Below, piece after piece: positions 38,535 through 51,010 of a stretch of DNA of 64,000 nt. This DNA comes from Basidiobolus meristosporus CBS 931.73 (taxonomy: Eukaryota; Fungi; Basidiobolomycota): NCBI GenBank assembly GCA_002104905.1, contig MCFE01000322.1:31379-95378 (forward strand), read 5' to 3'. A program made the position numbers and the translations under genes. Each line of letters begins with the position of its first letter. The stretch's first letter is position 1. The notes beneath the pieces are model-generated. The model saw only the letters and a list, made by a program, of their open reading frames with translations. It was not told the DNA's origin and searched no databases.

Positions 38535-41500
38535 GATATTGATATATTGAACAGCGACGCAGGAAAGACGACAGTTTTTCGCATTATCTTGTTGCACGAG
38601 CCCTTTAAGTAGACAAAAAATCTCAAATCCGTGATAACTGGTTTCGACTTGTTTCTCTTTTTTTTGTCCCTGTGTTCACTCCCTTCATTCACTTTCACTC
38701 CACAGCTCCTGATTTTATGTACGGGGCGTCATCATTATAGCCAAATTCTGAGTCAGATCCATTGCTGCATTTACAGCGCCTCTCAACGAAAACAAGTCCG
38801 AAGCAAGCAGGCTGTGGAATACAGATTGAATTGATTTCGAATAACCTTTCGCTTGTTGATGAGCATGACAACACGAGAATAGACACTTAATTGGCCTCCA
38901 GCAGTTGGCCAACGTTGGCCGACCCATAACCTGGGATCAGAGGAGTTGTCAGGATCTAGAAACTAGTTATCTACCCCAACCCTGCATTGCATTCCGTACC
39001 TCAAACCAAAGACTAACAGGTTTCCCGTCCGGTGCTGTTTATCATCAAGCCCATGTGGCAGCCACCGTGCTCTCGTAGCGTGCATGGTATATGAATGATT
39101 TCTTAATCTAGGTGAGTGCATATTGTTGCCCATTCAACAATGAGCAGCCTCATTGGATACCGAATGTTATGATTTGACATGTCCAAAGTGAAGGTGCCAG
39201 CGTTTTATGAAACCTCAATAAACAATGGTTCTATGTTGGATGATTATTGATTAGATGTTACCAAAAAGCCTTACTCGAGAACTCATCGCTGTCATGCCTA
39301 CGATAATTGATAGCTTTCATCTACTTGGCTTCCAGCCAACGGGGGAAGGCTGAGCTGTAGCCCAAATATCCTGAATCTCGATGTTGATGAGTCGGGCAGT
39401 ACATGCTTTGATGATGCACGAACCCTGCTTTGGTACCAATATCTCAAGCATTTGAAATCCAGAATATATATTACGGAAGCTATTCTGCATTATCATTGTA
39501 TCTTTGGGATCTATTGGATGATCAGAGTCATCCAAAAGCTTGTTGCATTTACTGTTTTGAAAGCACATCATTCGCTCATATGATCTCACCCCATATTTTC
39601 TATTATATGTAAATTTGCCTCGCTCCTCCACGTCCAGGCTAAACAATCAGCGTGATGTACGCGGTAAGGATAGAGGTGTATCGCGCCGCAGAATATCCAT
39701 GCGTCTTTTGTGGCCTGTAGCAGTAGAAATGATTGCATTTGGATTCCAATGAAAACTTCCATCCAGGGATTATGCAGATTCCAATCCACAATCTACATAG
39801 TCCATCAGTTTTATATTGATTGTATTGACAAGTTGCCATAGTTGTTTGGATATGGGTTGGCTCCTCACTCAACCTTTGCATAGTTCCAACTAGCTAGTCC
39901 CCAGGATCATCATAGCTATACCGTGGTTTGAGAGATGCGCTAGGCGGGACGCGAATCAACCATGAAAGTAACCCAGTAGTAGGATGTTTGTCAGGCTTCA
40001 GTGAGATTGTGAACTGTAGCTTGAAACCATGGAATGATCAACAAGGTGCCTTGATTAAGTTTAAATGAATCTATTTATTACACTACCGCCTGTCTGATGT
40101 GCTATTGTACAGATACTAGAAATGAAATCTAGATCATCTAGCCCATCCTAAGGAGCTCGTCTTGCAATCCTGTATACATCACCATCCTTCCATGGCGGAG
40201 TCTCTGTGGTGCGGAAAACCCCGTGAATACTCACAGCCAACTTTCCCACCTCACGTGTATCCATCGCCCTTTTATATGCTAACATCAAACCATCGCCTGT
40301 GTAACCACGAGTTTGACACTTGTCACTACCTATTTTGAGAATGACCTCTCTTCTTGGTGTGTGGGACACTCTCCTTCAGTAACGCTAGGTCACAAATCTA
40401 GCATCGAGTACTTTGGCCCAGCCTTTTCTAGATCCATCGAAGGAAAATCTTAAACTGCAAGATCTTCGCCCGTTAAAAGACAATTGCTGCATTTATACTC
40501 ATTGCCCAAATACCCAATGCAGCGCATCGTACTTGGTACTGGACATACGCTAATCCATGGGCACATCCAATTTCTTTTTCGCTCCCCGTTTAATTTGGTT
40601 TCTCACCAGTAATTGGTTCGTTGCTTTATTTGGCAACGGTATTTTTGGATTATCGGGGGTGAGTAATGCAACCTCATTTAAAAATAGCGGCCTGTTTCAC
40701 CACAGCCCGATATAGAGAAGGGTATTTTCTCAATTTACCCTGATTTGCACGGTGGTAAATGGTAGGATGGGTATTGCTCAGTCTTCTGAAAACGTTTGAC
40801 TGTTCAATCTAGGATTCCGAGATCTTGGCCCCCTGAGGACCAGCAAGGAGTGAGCAGGCAGAAACTGCATTGCAGAAGGATGGATATGAAGCTGCGTGGT
40901 CGTTGCTTCTCTATTTGCTTCACATCCATATGCCCTCTTGCCCCCTCAATCGGAGATCCTTGCATGTTTTCAAGAATCTCACTAGAGTGCTACCAAGTGG
41001 CACAAGAATAAAATTGGGATTCGGCAGCACTTCATATGGGGATCAAACAGTGTATCACTTTCCTAATTGCCTCCGTGAACCTCGGACGAGTCTGTCCCTT
41101 TTGGTTGGCTCGCTTTGCAAAGAACAACAAGTTTGATGTTGTTAGTCTATTGAGGTCTCAATTAAAGCTCAGCTGATATTACATGTTTACCAGATCAGGC
41201 TCAAAGTCGAATACAATGGGTTGAGAGGTTATTATCCTTTTCTGGCCCAGTGAATCCCTTCGACTGCTGAAGTAGCTTGTTTCAATTGGATCAGAATATT
41301 TCATGACTACGGAAGATTAGTAATAAGCAGCTGAGTCAATTGTGGTCATTAGTTACCTGATTTGATCAAAAATATTTTCCCATTCCGATATTTTTATCGT
41401 GGCTTAAAAGCAATATTCCCTCCGATTAACCCTGGTCCATCTCCAGCGTTCTCTACCAACAACCTACTAGATTTGGTAGAATTGGCTTAGTATAAAAGAA

Positions 41501-41601
41501 ACCAATCTGTCATCCGATTTTCGTAACCAACAATATTTTGTATATTCCCCGGTACCAACTAGTAACAATCGCTCAAGGGCTTTGTAAAATACCTTCCGTC
41601 C

Positions 41602-42576
41602 ATGACTGATAAAAAGATTCGCCTTGACATCTTCCCCTCACAAGACCCTTTTATCCTTCCAGATAGCTCGGTGCCAGGATCCACTACTCTACGCGGAAAA
41701 GTCGCCCTCCAGCTCGAGAAGCCGACCAAGCTATGCTCCCTTTCTCTTCACCTTAAGGGTCACGCCGAGCTCGTTAATGCCAACTGGAAGCCGCAATCAT
41801 TCAAACATTTGAGCCGACAAAAATTAACCGAAGTGTGTGTAAACTTCTTCAAATCCAACAAGGATTCATACATGTTAACCGCCGGTACGCACATGTTCGA
41901 TTTTGAGCTTCCTATCAGCAACCATCTTCCGGAAAGCGTGCACTCAAACTATTTCGATATCAAGTACAAGCTTGTTGTCATGGCCAAGAGGCATCTGTCC
42001 ACCAACGTCATTGCTACCAAGCCTCTCACCATTTCCAGAGTTTCGGAGGATTCGGACGAAGTGGAGCCGTCGATCTCCATCTCTAAAATATGGGATCATG
42101 TAATGGGATATGATATCTTTATGAAGAAACAAGTGAGTCTTGGGGAGATCGTCCCCATAGAATACACATTTCGGCCAGTCAGATGCGGCATTAAAATCGA
42201 CAAGTACTCGCATACTCTTTGCGAAACCGTCCGGTATGTCGATCCGAAAACCAATCACACTAAGGTTGAACACAAACGTATACCGCTTGCATGTAACCCC
42301 TCCAATGGACACTCTAACACCAAACTGGTACACCTGAATATGCCAATGAATTTGCAGCCAGACGTCAATAGCGATATGATTTGTGCCAAGCACAAGCTAG
42401 AGGTAAAAATCTATGTGGAGTGCCGTGGCCAGAAGAAATCCATCACTGTAAGCTTTCCTGTCAGCTTCATGAACGAGCACGAACTACTTTTAGCAGAGCC
42501 ACTGCCAAGATACGAGGAGACGGAATACTCGCGCTCACTGCCACCCTCCTATCAGAATACACAATCCACTGCTTGA
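41602..42576 (+). CDS. Alpha-arrestin family protein
   Basis: LRGKVALQL, SLHLKG, GTHMFDFELP, HLPESVHS..IKYKL, HKLEV, and C-terminal PY-type motifs LPRY and LPPSY. Confidence 0.88.
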   Translation: MTDKKIRLDIFPSQDPFILPDSSVPGSTTLRGKVALQLEKPTKLCSLSLHLKGHAELVNANWKPQSFKHLSRQKLTEVCVNFFKSNKDSYMLTAGTHMFDFELPISNHLPESVHSNYFDIKYKLVVMAKRHLSTNVIATKPLTISRVSEDSDEVEPSISISKIWDHVMGYDIFMKKQVSLGEIVPIEYTFRPVRCGIKIDKYSHTLCETVRYVDPKTNHTKVEHKRIPLACNPSNGHSNTKLVHLNMPMNLQPDVNSDMICAKHKLEVKIYVECRGQKKSITVSFPVSFMNEHELLLAEPLPRYEETEYSRSLPPSYQNTQSTA

Positions 42577-45500
42577 TTCAAGCCAATCGGGAAGCCAACT
42601 ATTGTTTATATTTAACTCACATGTATATCCCTCTGTATATAAGATATATTGAATATATTAGCACGACTATATATAACATTGTATATTGAAGTTACCAACC
42701 AGTCAAATGAATAAAGACAATGTTGGCAGGATCAAGAGTCAATCCAACTGCTCTGTTAATCAGACACTGACAGTTCGTTCAGCATAAAGGCATGCTGGTC
42801 GGATTCGGATGTACAACCTGATCTCACGTGCCCATGAGTTTTTTATAGGGCGGCTGCTTCCCATGGTTCATAAATAGCATCAAGCGCATTCCCTTTAAGA
42901 AGCGTGGCTATCCCAATCAGAGTCAACCTACCAAATGATATACAAACAGCTTAAAGAAGGAACCAATAGATACCGCATATAAATGGGCACTTTGGCATTT
43001 ATGATTTAATCAGGTCACTCACAGCAAATCGGTGGTGAAGGATGTCTACATCACTTGAGGATGTAAACTCGGCTCCCGATGGACCTTTTGCCAAGGACGG
43101 GGTATGCGCCGTGCCCTTATCACCGCGCCTCAGATCTGTAGACAATGAGTAATGCATGGAATATGAGGTATGTGGCAAGGTACTTACGTGGTTCCTTACT
43201 AATTGACTCATAGCAACACAATTTAGGGATTGATTGGGAGAAACACACAGCTGACGCAGAGGGAGGCGATTTTCCTTGCTTTGTGATTCAGAGGAATCTT
43301 AGATTGATCATGATCCACACAGGATGATACATCCAAGATGAGTCAATCTACAACATCAAGTGCCAGGCCAAAGGAAAACCAGGTTCCTCTAAACACATTA
43401 ATAATCAATCGCACCTGGAATCAAATCTGATGCCAAACTTGCAGAGTCCGGTTCATAGTGTTATGCTGTTTACTCTAAATAAACCTGCACAGCTAACACA
43501 CATCAACACCAGCAGGACAGTTTCACGTCAAAAATCCTGAATATCTTCCATAGATGCCACCTTTTGGGTATCGGTTGATCTAGACATGGCTTGCCTACCT
43601 TCGGAAGATGAATGGTAACGAGTCCAAATATGGATGCTGGATGGATTCTTGTTTCCGCCTAGCATCAACCTTTCTAAGCATTTTCCGACTAGCCCTTGAT
43701 TTAGACATCACAATATTCCCCAACCAATTATATAGTATTTTGGCACACGTACTACACTACTCGGCTACATCAAGCGGCTGGAAAATCTCCTAGAACCTTC
43801 TGAATAGTGCTCTTTCAAATAAGCTTATCCTAACCATAAGGAGAGTTCCATGATTCCCGAATTAGATATCCTAAAACATCAATATAGTAGATACGTTGCG
43901 GCAATGTGGAGGATGCATTGGCTTGTGCGCCACCATTCTGTGTGTGTGTGTGTGACGCACGTTGTTGGGGAGAGGAGGTGCTCCAGAATATAGAATGTCG
44001 CTAGGCCGTAAAATCAGGCCTCATGAAATTTATCTGGATCTGTATAACAACTTCATGGATTCGTGTCTAGATACCAACTGATCCGCAATGCACATGCTAC
44101 ATACTAAAGAACATTGGGGCACTAGAGAAATCAACAGGGAATCGGATAGGGCTTGCGATATTTCTTAGTTTCCGTTCAGGAGAGCACCATAACACATCTC
44201 AAGTCAGAATTCTGGTTTCTTTGGCCAACCAGTAGAGCCGGATTTCGGTTTCTAGCTCACACAACTAAATGATTTTGGATGGAGTGTTGACCTAAAACCA
44301 ACAAACATTCTCGTACATATAATGAGAATCTACTTTGCAGTGAGTTGGTTTTGAAATTTTGCCTTGGTTTACATGATCCACTCTAAGTCTTTGAATTAGG
44401 AAGACCTTGGGATTATTGGAGTTTATTACAAATTCAGGTACCATCAAGCTCTGTAAATACCTTAATTAGCCCACTCCAGGAATATTGTAAGACTTACAAA
44501 ATCCAACCAACTTTTCTACTATTGTACTCAATAGAGCAACTGGTATCTGTCATGTAAGTTATCTGGTACTTTGGATCAAATGCAACATATGCTGGACTGG
44601 CTTTCTAAGTATTCTGTAGTATACTCATGTAACATACTCTGATGTGAAAGAACACTTCTTCTTGTCTGCTAAATGGCTAGAACCCAAGACACTGAAAGTT
44701 ATAAGTTCAGTGAGATATTGTATTAAGCTAGCCTTTTCTTTGCATTTTTTGATAAGTATATATTCTCTGCCAGCAAGGATTGTACTATAGAGCTAAAGAG
44801 TTTCCTCAGAAAATATAAAAGTGGGATTCCCATTGAAACTACATAGCAATAGGCTTGCATTCCCTATATGTGTGCAAAGATTTGGGCTGTTGGGACAACT
44901 TACAATATCTTCACCAAAATATCAGGTACCCAGAACATAAAAGTTCTCAAAGCAAATCCCAACAAGGAGTTTGGTTTGATTTTTATGACATTTGTAGGCA
45001 ATCATCCAAGTGACAAAGTTAGGCTAACTTTATGGTCAAATTAAAAATCTTTGCAACACTCCCACTCAACTAAATGCTCATATTAACTAGTCCTAATTGT
45101 GACCTCAGATACTGAAATTTGTCTCCAGCTAATGGTTTGGTATATTTGTTGGAAATCATTTCATCTGTAGGACAGTAAGCTAAATGACCTAAATTATACT
45201 CTATAGCTTCAGGTATGAAATGATGTCTAATTTCTATTTGCTTAGTACTAACCTGAGAGGCTGGATTTCTATCTGATTTTATACTTAATAGATTATCTTG
45301 AAATTGTTGTAAAAATTTGGGATTCCATCTAATTATTCACCTTAGTCACCTAGATCATTACCTACAAATCTTAGAGAATACTGATTAAGTTCCCTGTTGA
45401 AATTAACTTAGAATACTTTCACCAAAAAACCAGGCACCCAAAACATGAAAATTCTCAAAGTCAGCCAAGCTGTTGTAATTATTGAGTTGTCACCTACATA

Positions 45501-45764
45501 TTCATGCTAGCTTAGTCACACAGATCTTATTCTGTGATTAGCATTCTGTCTTGACCAAGTTTCTTGTTGGAATTTACTTGGAATATTTTTATCAAACCAT
45601 CATGTGTTGTAAAAATTTGTATTTCCACCTAAATATTCACCTAACTTAGTCACTTTGATCATTACCTTCAAATCCTAGAGAATACTGACCAAATTCCTTG
45701 CCGGGATTTACTTAGAATATTTCACCAAAATACCAGGTACCCAGAACATCAAAATTCTCAAAGT

Positions 45765-46356
45765 TGTCAAAACAGCCCCAAACTTGGCACACATGTCCTT
45801 GGGACCTTCCTTAACCTATTCTACGTGTTTGTTATGCCAAGACCAGGTAAGAGTATAAATACTACTTTTACATTCAATATATCATCAAGTGAAAACCACA
45901 TAATCTACTTGTTCTCCTAATCACTTCCAATATCTCCAAGACTCTTACAACATCATGTACCTATATTATGACCTTTCTCAAAGTTGCCTAAAAGACCCCA
46001 AACCTTGTGCATGTATTCTTAGGACCTTCCTTAACAAACTGTACCTGTTTACCTACTTTACCCTATCAGAAGTATAAATACCATACTTTTGATCAATAAA
46101 TGCACAAGTGAACAACATGTAAATCTGCTAGTTCTCTACATCCATTCCAATACTCTTCAGAATATTGCAGCACAAACAGCCCCAAATGCTGCATACATGC
46201 TACTGGAATCTTCTTATATTTATTCTATGTGCTTGTTATGACAAAACCATGTAATAGTATATATACTTCTTTTGCATTCATTAAATCATTTGGTGAAAAC
46301 CACATAATCTACTGGCTCTGCCAATCACTTCCAATATCTCCAAGACTCTTACAGCA
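45765..46356 (+). repeat. Three tandem degenerate LTR-like copies of about 185 bp (45765-45952, 45985-46172, about 46173-46356)
   Basis: Shared CCCCAAA start, a TATA-like core, and an end ACTCTTACA(A/G)CA in two copies (diverged in the middle one). The last copy ends in CA directly before the PBS. Confidence 0.6.
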
Positions 46357-46368
46357 GGTTATGAGCCC
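46357..46368 (+). promoter_or_regulatory. Primer-binding site GGTTATGAGCCC (half-tRNA-iMet type, as in Ty5/copia)
   Basis: Exact complement of the GGGCTCATAACC anticodon arm of initiator tRNA-Met; lies between the LTR-like CA end and gag. Confidence 0.8.
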
Positions 46369-47370
46369 CAAGCTGTCACTCTTTGCAATGTCTACCACCA
46401 CTATTATTGGAATTTTTCCCTCTGTTGAAAATTTGGATGGATCTAACTACAAAGTGTGGAAGGTGAAGATGATGATGCTGCTACAGGAAAGAGGCCTTTG
46501 GATATTGTCATGGGAGAAGTATGCCCTTCTAAAAATGTGGGAGAGGATCCTTAAAGTACCAGAAGAAAGAAGGTGCCTTCAACTGTATTTGCTCTAAAGT
46601 CAAAAAAAATTTCTAATTCAGTGCTCAAGAGTAAAAATGGCAAAGAATGCCTGGAAGGCTTCAGAAGACATATACTGGTCATGTTCAGCTGCAAAGAAAA
46701 TGTATCTTAGACAAAAATTCTTCACTACTAGGATGCTACCAGGAGAAGAAATGAGAAATCTAAATACCAGAACTACCCTGCTGGTGGGTGAGTTGGAATA
46801 TGTGGGTACACTAATTACTCATGAGGATGTGATAGTTACAATCCTAGATAGCATGACAAACACGTTTCAGGGCCTTGTGTTAGCCCTAGAGTCCAGATCT
46901 GAATATTTGACCATAAATTACATACATGGAAGGCACCTGGATGAAGAATTAAGAAAATCAAGTGCCAATATGAAGGAAGAAGTAAATGCTTTGATAAGCA
47001 ATGCTAAACAATAAAGGAGGTACTCAAAACCCTTTTAAGGCAATACCAACCTGTTTTGCAACTACTGCAATATGAAAGGACACACATCAGACTGGTGCCT
47101 TAAGAAGAGAGATAATCAGTTTAAAGCCTGATTATGAAAATGTTGCAACAACTGAAGATAGACTATTCATATCTGCCCTAAATATGATCATAAACAAGGA
47201 TTCTCAGACAAGGCATATTGACTCTGGAGCATCTCAACACTTTACATACTAAAAAGAACTATTTGCCCAATATGAAGAAATTTCAATCAAGAAGGTTTTT
47301 GTGGCTAACAATAGAGCACTTGATGCAGTTGGCAAAGGAACTAGCCAAGTAAACCTTGGGCTAACTTAGG
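46357..47370 (+). mobile_element. Decayed Ty1/copia gag-protease fragment
   Basis: LDGSNYKVWKVKM..LLQERGLW, a UBN2-like gag region, CCHC knuckle CNYCNMKGHTSDWC (47057-47098) and protease IDSGASQHF (about 47217-47243), broken by stops and frameshifts. Confidence 0.88.
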
Positions 47371-48760
47371 GTGAGAGTCAAGGTACTTCTATTAATAGAG
47401 AACTTTATTCCTAAGTTGTATCTAAGCTCTTCTAGAGTGGACATTTGAACTCCTTGGATATGCTGGACTTTATATATAGGATCACACACACATGGTGCTA
47501 ATAGAACTAGATTTGCTCTATCTGACTTAATGTAGAGACTATAGGTAGCAGTTCTACTTTGGAGACCCAGGGACTCCAAATAAGAATCTATCTTGCAATT
47601 CCAGACTTGTAAAGGTTCTTTCTGGTGTGTAAAGTGTGAGATGCTCCAGAGCCAATGTACCATGGCAGAGGATCCCTGTAGGTGGTTATATTTAGTGCAG
47701 ATATAAGTAGTATATGTTCTGTTGTTGCAACATTTCCATTTCCAGGCTTGCTTTGATGATTACCTCTCTTTTTGAGCCACTGATCAGATGTAGATGCTTT
47801 CCTTTTGCAGTAGCTGCCTAAGCACTTTTCACTTCCTTCTTATTGCCTTTGATTTCCAAGTTCCTCATCCAGGAGCCTTCCATATATTGCTGATACAAGG
47901 CACTGAAGCTCTTCTGTCAGGCTATTCAGGAAGGCTACTGTCATATGTTCATCAACAGTTTGTATGTCCACAGATTCCATCTCATCACCCAACACAGTAA
48001 TACTGTCAATTAGAGTTTTCATTTCTATTCCTGAGAGCATATTTGCAGTAAAGAGCTTTGTCTACAATGCATTTTCTTAGCAGCTTAGCATAACTATTAG
48101 GTGTCTTCTAATGCTTGTAAGGCATTCTTTGCTATTGTGGCTCATGTGCAGTGAGTCAGAACTTATCTGTAACATTAAGATATGAGCAGTAGAAGACACC
48201 TTGTTCTTTTTCAAGTACTTCAAGGCTTTGTCTCCTACACATTGAGGAGTACCCTCTTCTTCCATAACCTGATCCAAAGGCCTCTTTCCTGTAGCAGCAT
48301 CTCATCCTCACCTTTCAGACTCAGTAGTTGGTTCCTTTCAGCTTTTCAGCAGAGGGCAAAGCTCCAGTAATAGCAGTAGTAGATACTCCACAGAGTAGCA
48401 GCTTGGTGCACATAACCTATTGTGAGAGTTAAGGAGATATCAGGGTGATTGGGAGATCAAGCAGATTACATAGTTTTCACTTAGTGATATATTATAGGTA
48501 AAGTAGTGTTGATGCTTTTGCATGGCCTTAGCAAAACAAGCATGAGGTGTATATTTAGGAAGGCCCCAAGAATGCATGTCCAAAGTTTGAGCCTATTTGG
48601 GTAACTTTAAAAGAAATCACATTCTGAGTACCTGATACTTTTGTGAAATGTTTAAGGTATATCTTGACAAGGAATTTGGCCAGAGTTCTCTGAGATTTGT
48701 AGGTAATACTCTAAGTGACCAGGCTAGGTGAGAATTTAGGTGCAATCACAAATTTTACAA
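47371..48760 (-). mobile_element. Second decayed copia copy in inverted orientation, internally deleted
   Basis: Degenerate PBS GGTTATGTGCAC (48406-48417), gag homologous to the + copy, a GSGAS protease remnant near 47650, then an RT remnant WNCKIDSYLESLG..SLYIK..LVLLAPCVCD. Confidence 0.75.
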
Positions 48761-49679
48761 TAAATATAGTACAAGGCACTTAGTTGCATCTTTTAGTACT
48801 TTAAATAGCGCTTATACCAAATTTGGCAAGGAGCTAATCACTACTTTCACAATGGCTGCAATTAATACTTTGAAAGCAACATAGCCACTGAATGCTAACC
48901 AAATGCCATTTGAGCAGAAGTAAAGTGCATGCAGCTTATCAGAAAGGTTCCAAGTGTAGGATGCCTCATTGGGATTATGAGTAGTTTCCACAAGTGATAT
49001 GACCAGAATTCTCTGAAAATGTAGGCCATGATCTAAGTGACCTAGCTGCAATAGATCTTGGTGTTTTACAAGACTTGCAGCATTTTAGACTACAAGCTGC
49101 ATTTAAATAAGCTGAAAAGAATGCAGAAGGTGATGTCTGTTGCAGACAATTGCTTAGCAGTACTCAGAGACTAAAACCCTTCCAAGCCTTTACTATAATA
49201 CTGAAGGCTTGGAATATTGAAATTTTAAGTATATACCATATTGACATTTTCTATCAATGGCTAATTTGTCTGATGTCAATGTGTCAGCCATTTAAGTATA
49301 GTTGCTAGTTAATTGAGCAGAGAAAAGTCTTGAAGAATGTATATGCCATTTTTGCCTTGCATTACCACCAGAGAGTACAAGTCATTTATCCAACTAATTC
49401 AAGTTAATATGAGCCAACATTGTGGCTGGAATCTCAAATGTAGTTTTGAGCACAACAGTCTTAGGTTTTGACAAAGTACCAAATCTGACCATATATGTAG
49501 TAAAAAGCACATGCCTGCCAATGCTGATAATTTCTAGCTACTGCTTACCAGCCTCAAGTGTATTTGTAAAAGTAACAAAAAGCTGATGAAGTGCCTTATG
49601 CATGTGTTGTATCAAGACAAAAGTATGCTAAAAACTCTTGAATGGTTTGACAGAGCCAAAGCAACAATCAAGTGAAGAA

Positions 49680-51010
49680 CCTTAGGATTGTCAAGGTGTA
49701 GTAGAAATATTAGCAGAAAGGTTCTAATCTAATATTGAACTTGAATATAGCGGGGTTTAGCCATATAGGCAACAGAGTTGGCTTACTCTGCAGGCTAGGA
49801 TTGGTATTCTTGGAAATGCTAGATATGCTAGGCTTGGGTAGAGGATAAAAGGAAATTGCATAGTTCTTAATTTTGCTGAGATGCAGTCTTGATTTTGTTG
49901 AGACAGACACTGTTGTATCCAAGAGAAAAGTGTATAAACTCTTGAATGAGTTAACTGAACCCAAGTGACAACTAAGTGCAGAATCTTAGAATTGTCAAGG
50001 GTGACAGAAATATTAGCAGAGAAGTTCTAGTCTAATATTGGTTTTGTATATAGTTGAGTTAAGCTATAAAGGCAACAGAGCTGGTTTGCTTTACAGGCTA
50101 GGCTTGGTGTTCTTGGGAATGCTAGATATGCTAGGCTTGGGTGGAAACTAGAATGGAATTGTTGAATTCTTAATTTTGCTGAGGCACAATCTTAATTTTG
50201 ATGAGACACACACTAAACAAAAAGGCTCAGTAAACTTTATTTATATTTTTCTGATCAAGTTGAACTAGTAAGTGCCAAGCATCTAGACTAATTGAAATCT
50301 GCTGGGGTATTGATAGGTGTATAAGATAAAAGAGAAGTTGCATCATTCATCAGCTGATGTTTTGGCAACTGCTAAGTGGTTGGATAGATCTCAGATGACT
50401 ATTCACTTGGAAAGGCTTAACAGATCAGTTGAGGATGTAATGACCACATGAAAATAGATCAGGTGTGACAGCTAAAAGTAGATTCCAGGAGGTGATAAAA
50501 TAAACCATAACTGGGATTAGTTATGTTTGGGTTAGGGGAGAATCAGTTAGGGTACTAGATTCTCTAACAGATTAAAATAGGCTAAGTTTTAAATGTTGAT
50601 GCACAACACACACTAATCCAAAAGAATTGGCAAGCTATATTTATACTTTTCTGGTCAACATGAACTAGTAAGCACTGGAAACAGGATTACTGATTGAAAT
50701 TGATTCAGGTATTTATAGGCAGGCAAGATAAATGAAAATGGCATCATCATTCAGCTGCTATCTTGTTCACTTCTAAGAGATTGATAGATCTCAGATGACT
50801 AATCCCCTGGAAAGGCTTGACAGATTAGATGGTATTGTAATGATAATATGAAAATGGATTAGGTGTGATTGCTAAAATAGATTCTGAGATGGGATAAAAG
50901 AAATAATGACTGAGATTAGTTATACTTAAATTAGGGAAAGTCAGTTAGGGTACTAGATTTTTTAACTTAGTAAGATTGGATAAGTTTTGAGTGTTGATGC
51001 ACAACAGTGT
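49680..51010. repeat. Two old tandem duplications (about 300 bp x2 and about 390 bp x2) of TE-derived sequence
   Basis: Repeated anchors GAAATATTAGCAGA and ATGCTAGATATGCTAGGCTTGGGT; GATAGATCTCAGATGACTA and TGTTGATGCACAACA. The region is CpG-depleted. Confidence 0.6.

Noticed and set aside
39317-40369. Fragmentary minus-strand ORFs, possibly a decayed transposase
   Set aside because: I could not identify a catalytic motif or terminal repeats by eye.
43939-43954. (TG)8 microsatellite
   Set aside because: Ordinary short repeat.
50529-50555. GGGTTAGGGGAG resembling a module junction
   Set aside because: It is not followed by the GTCACC...GGTGAAATC terminus and lies inside an unrelated decayed repeat.
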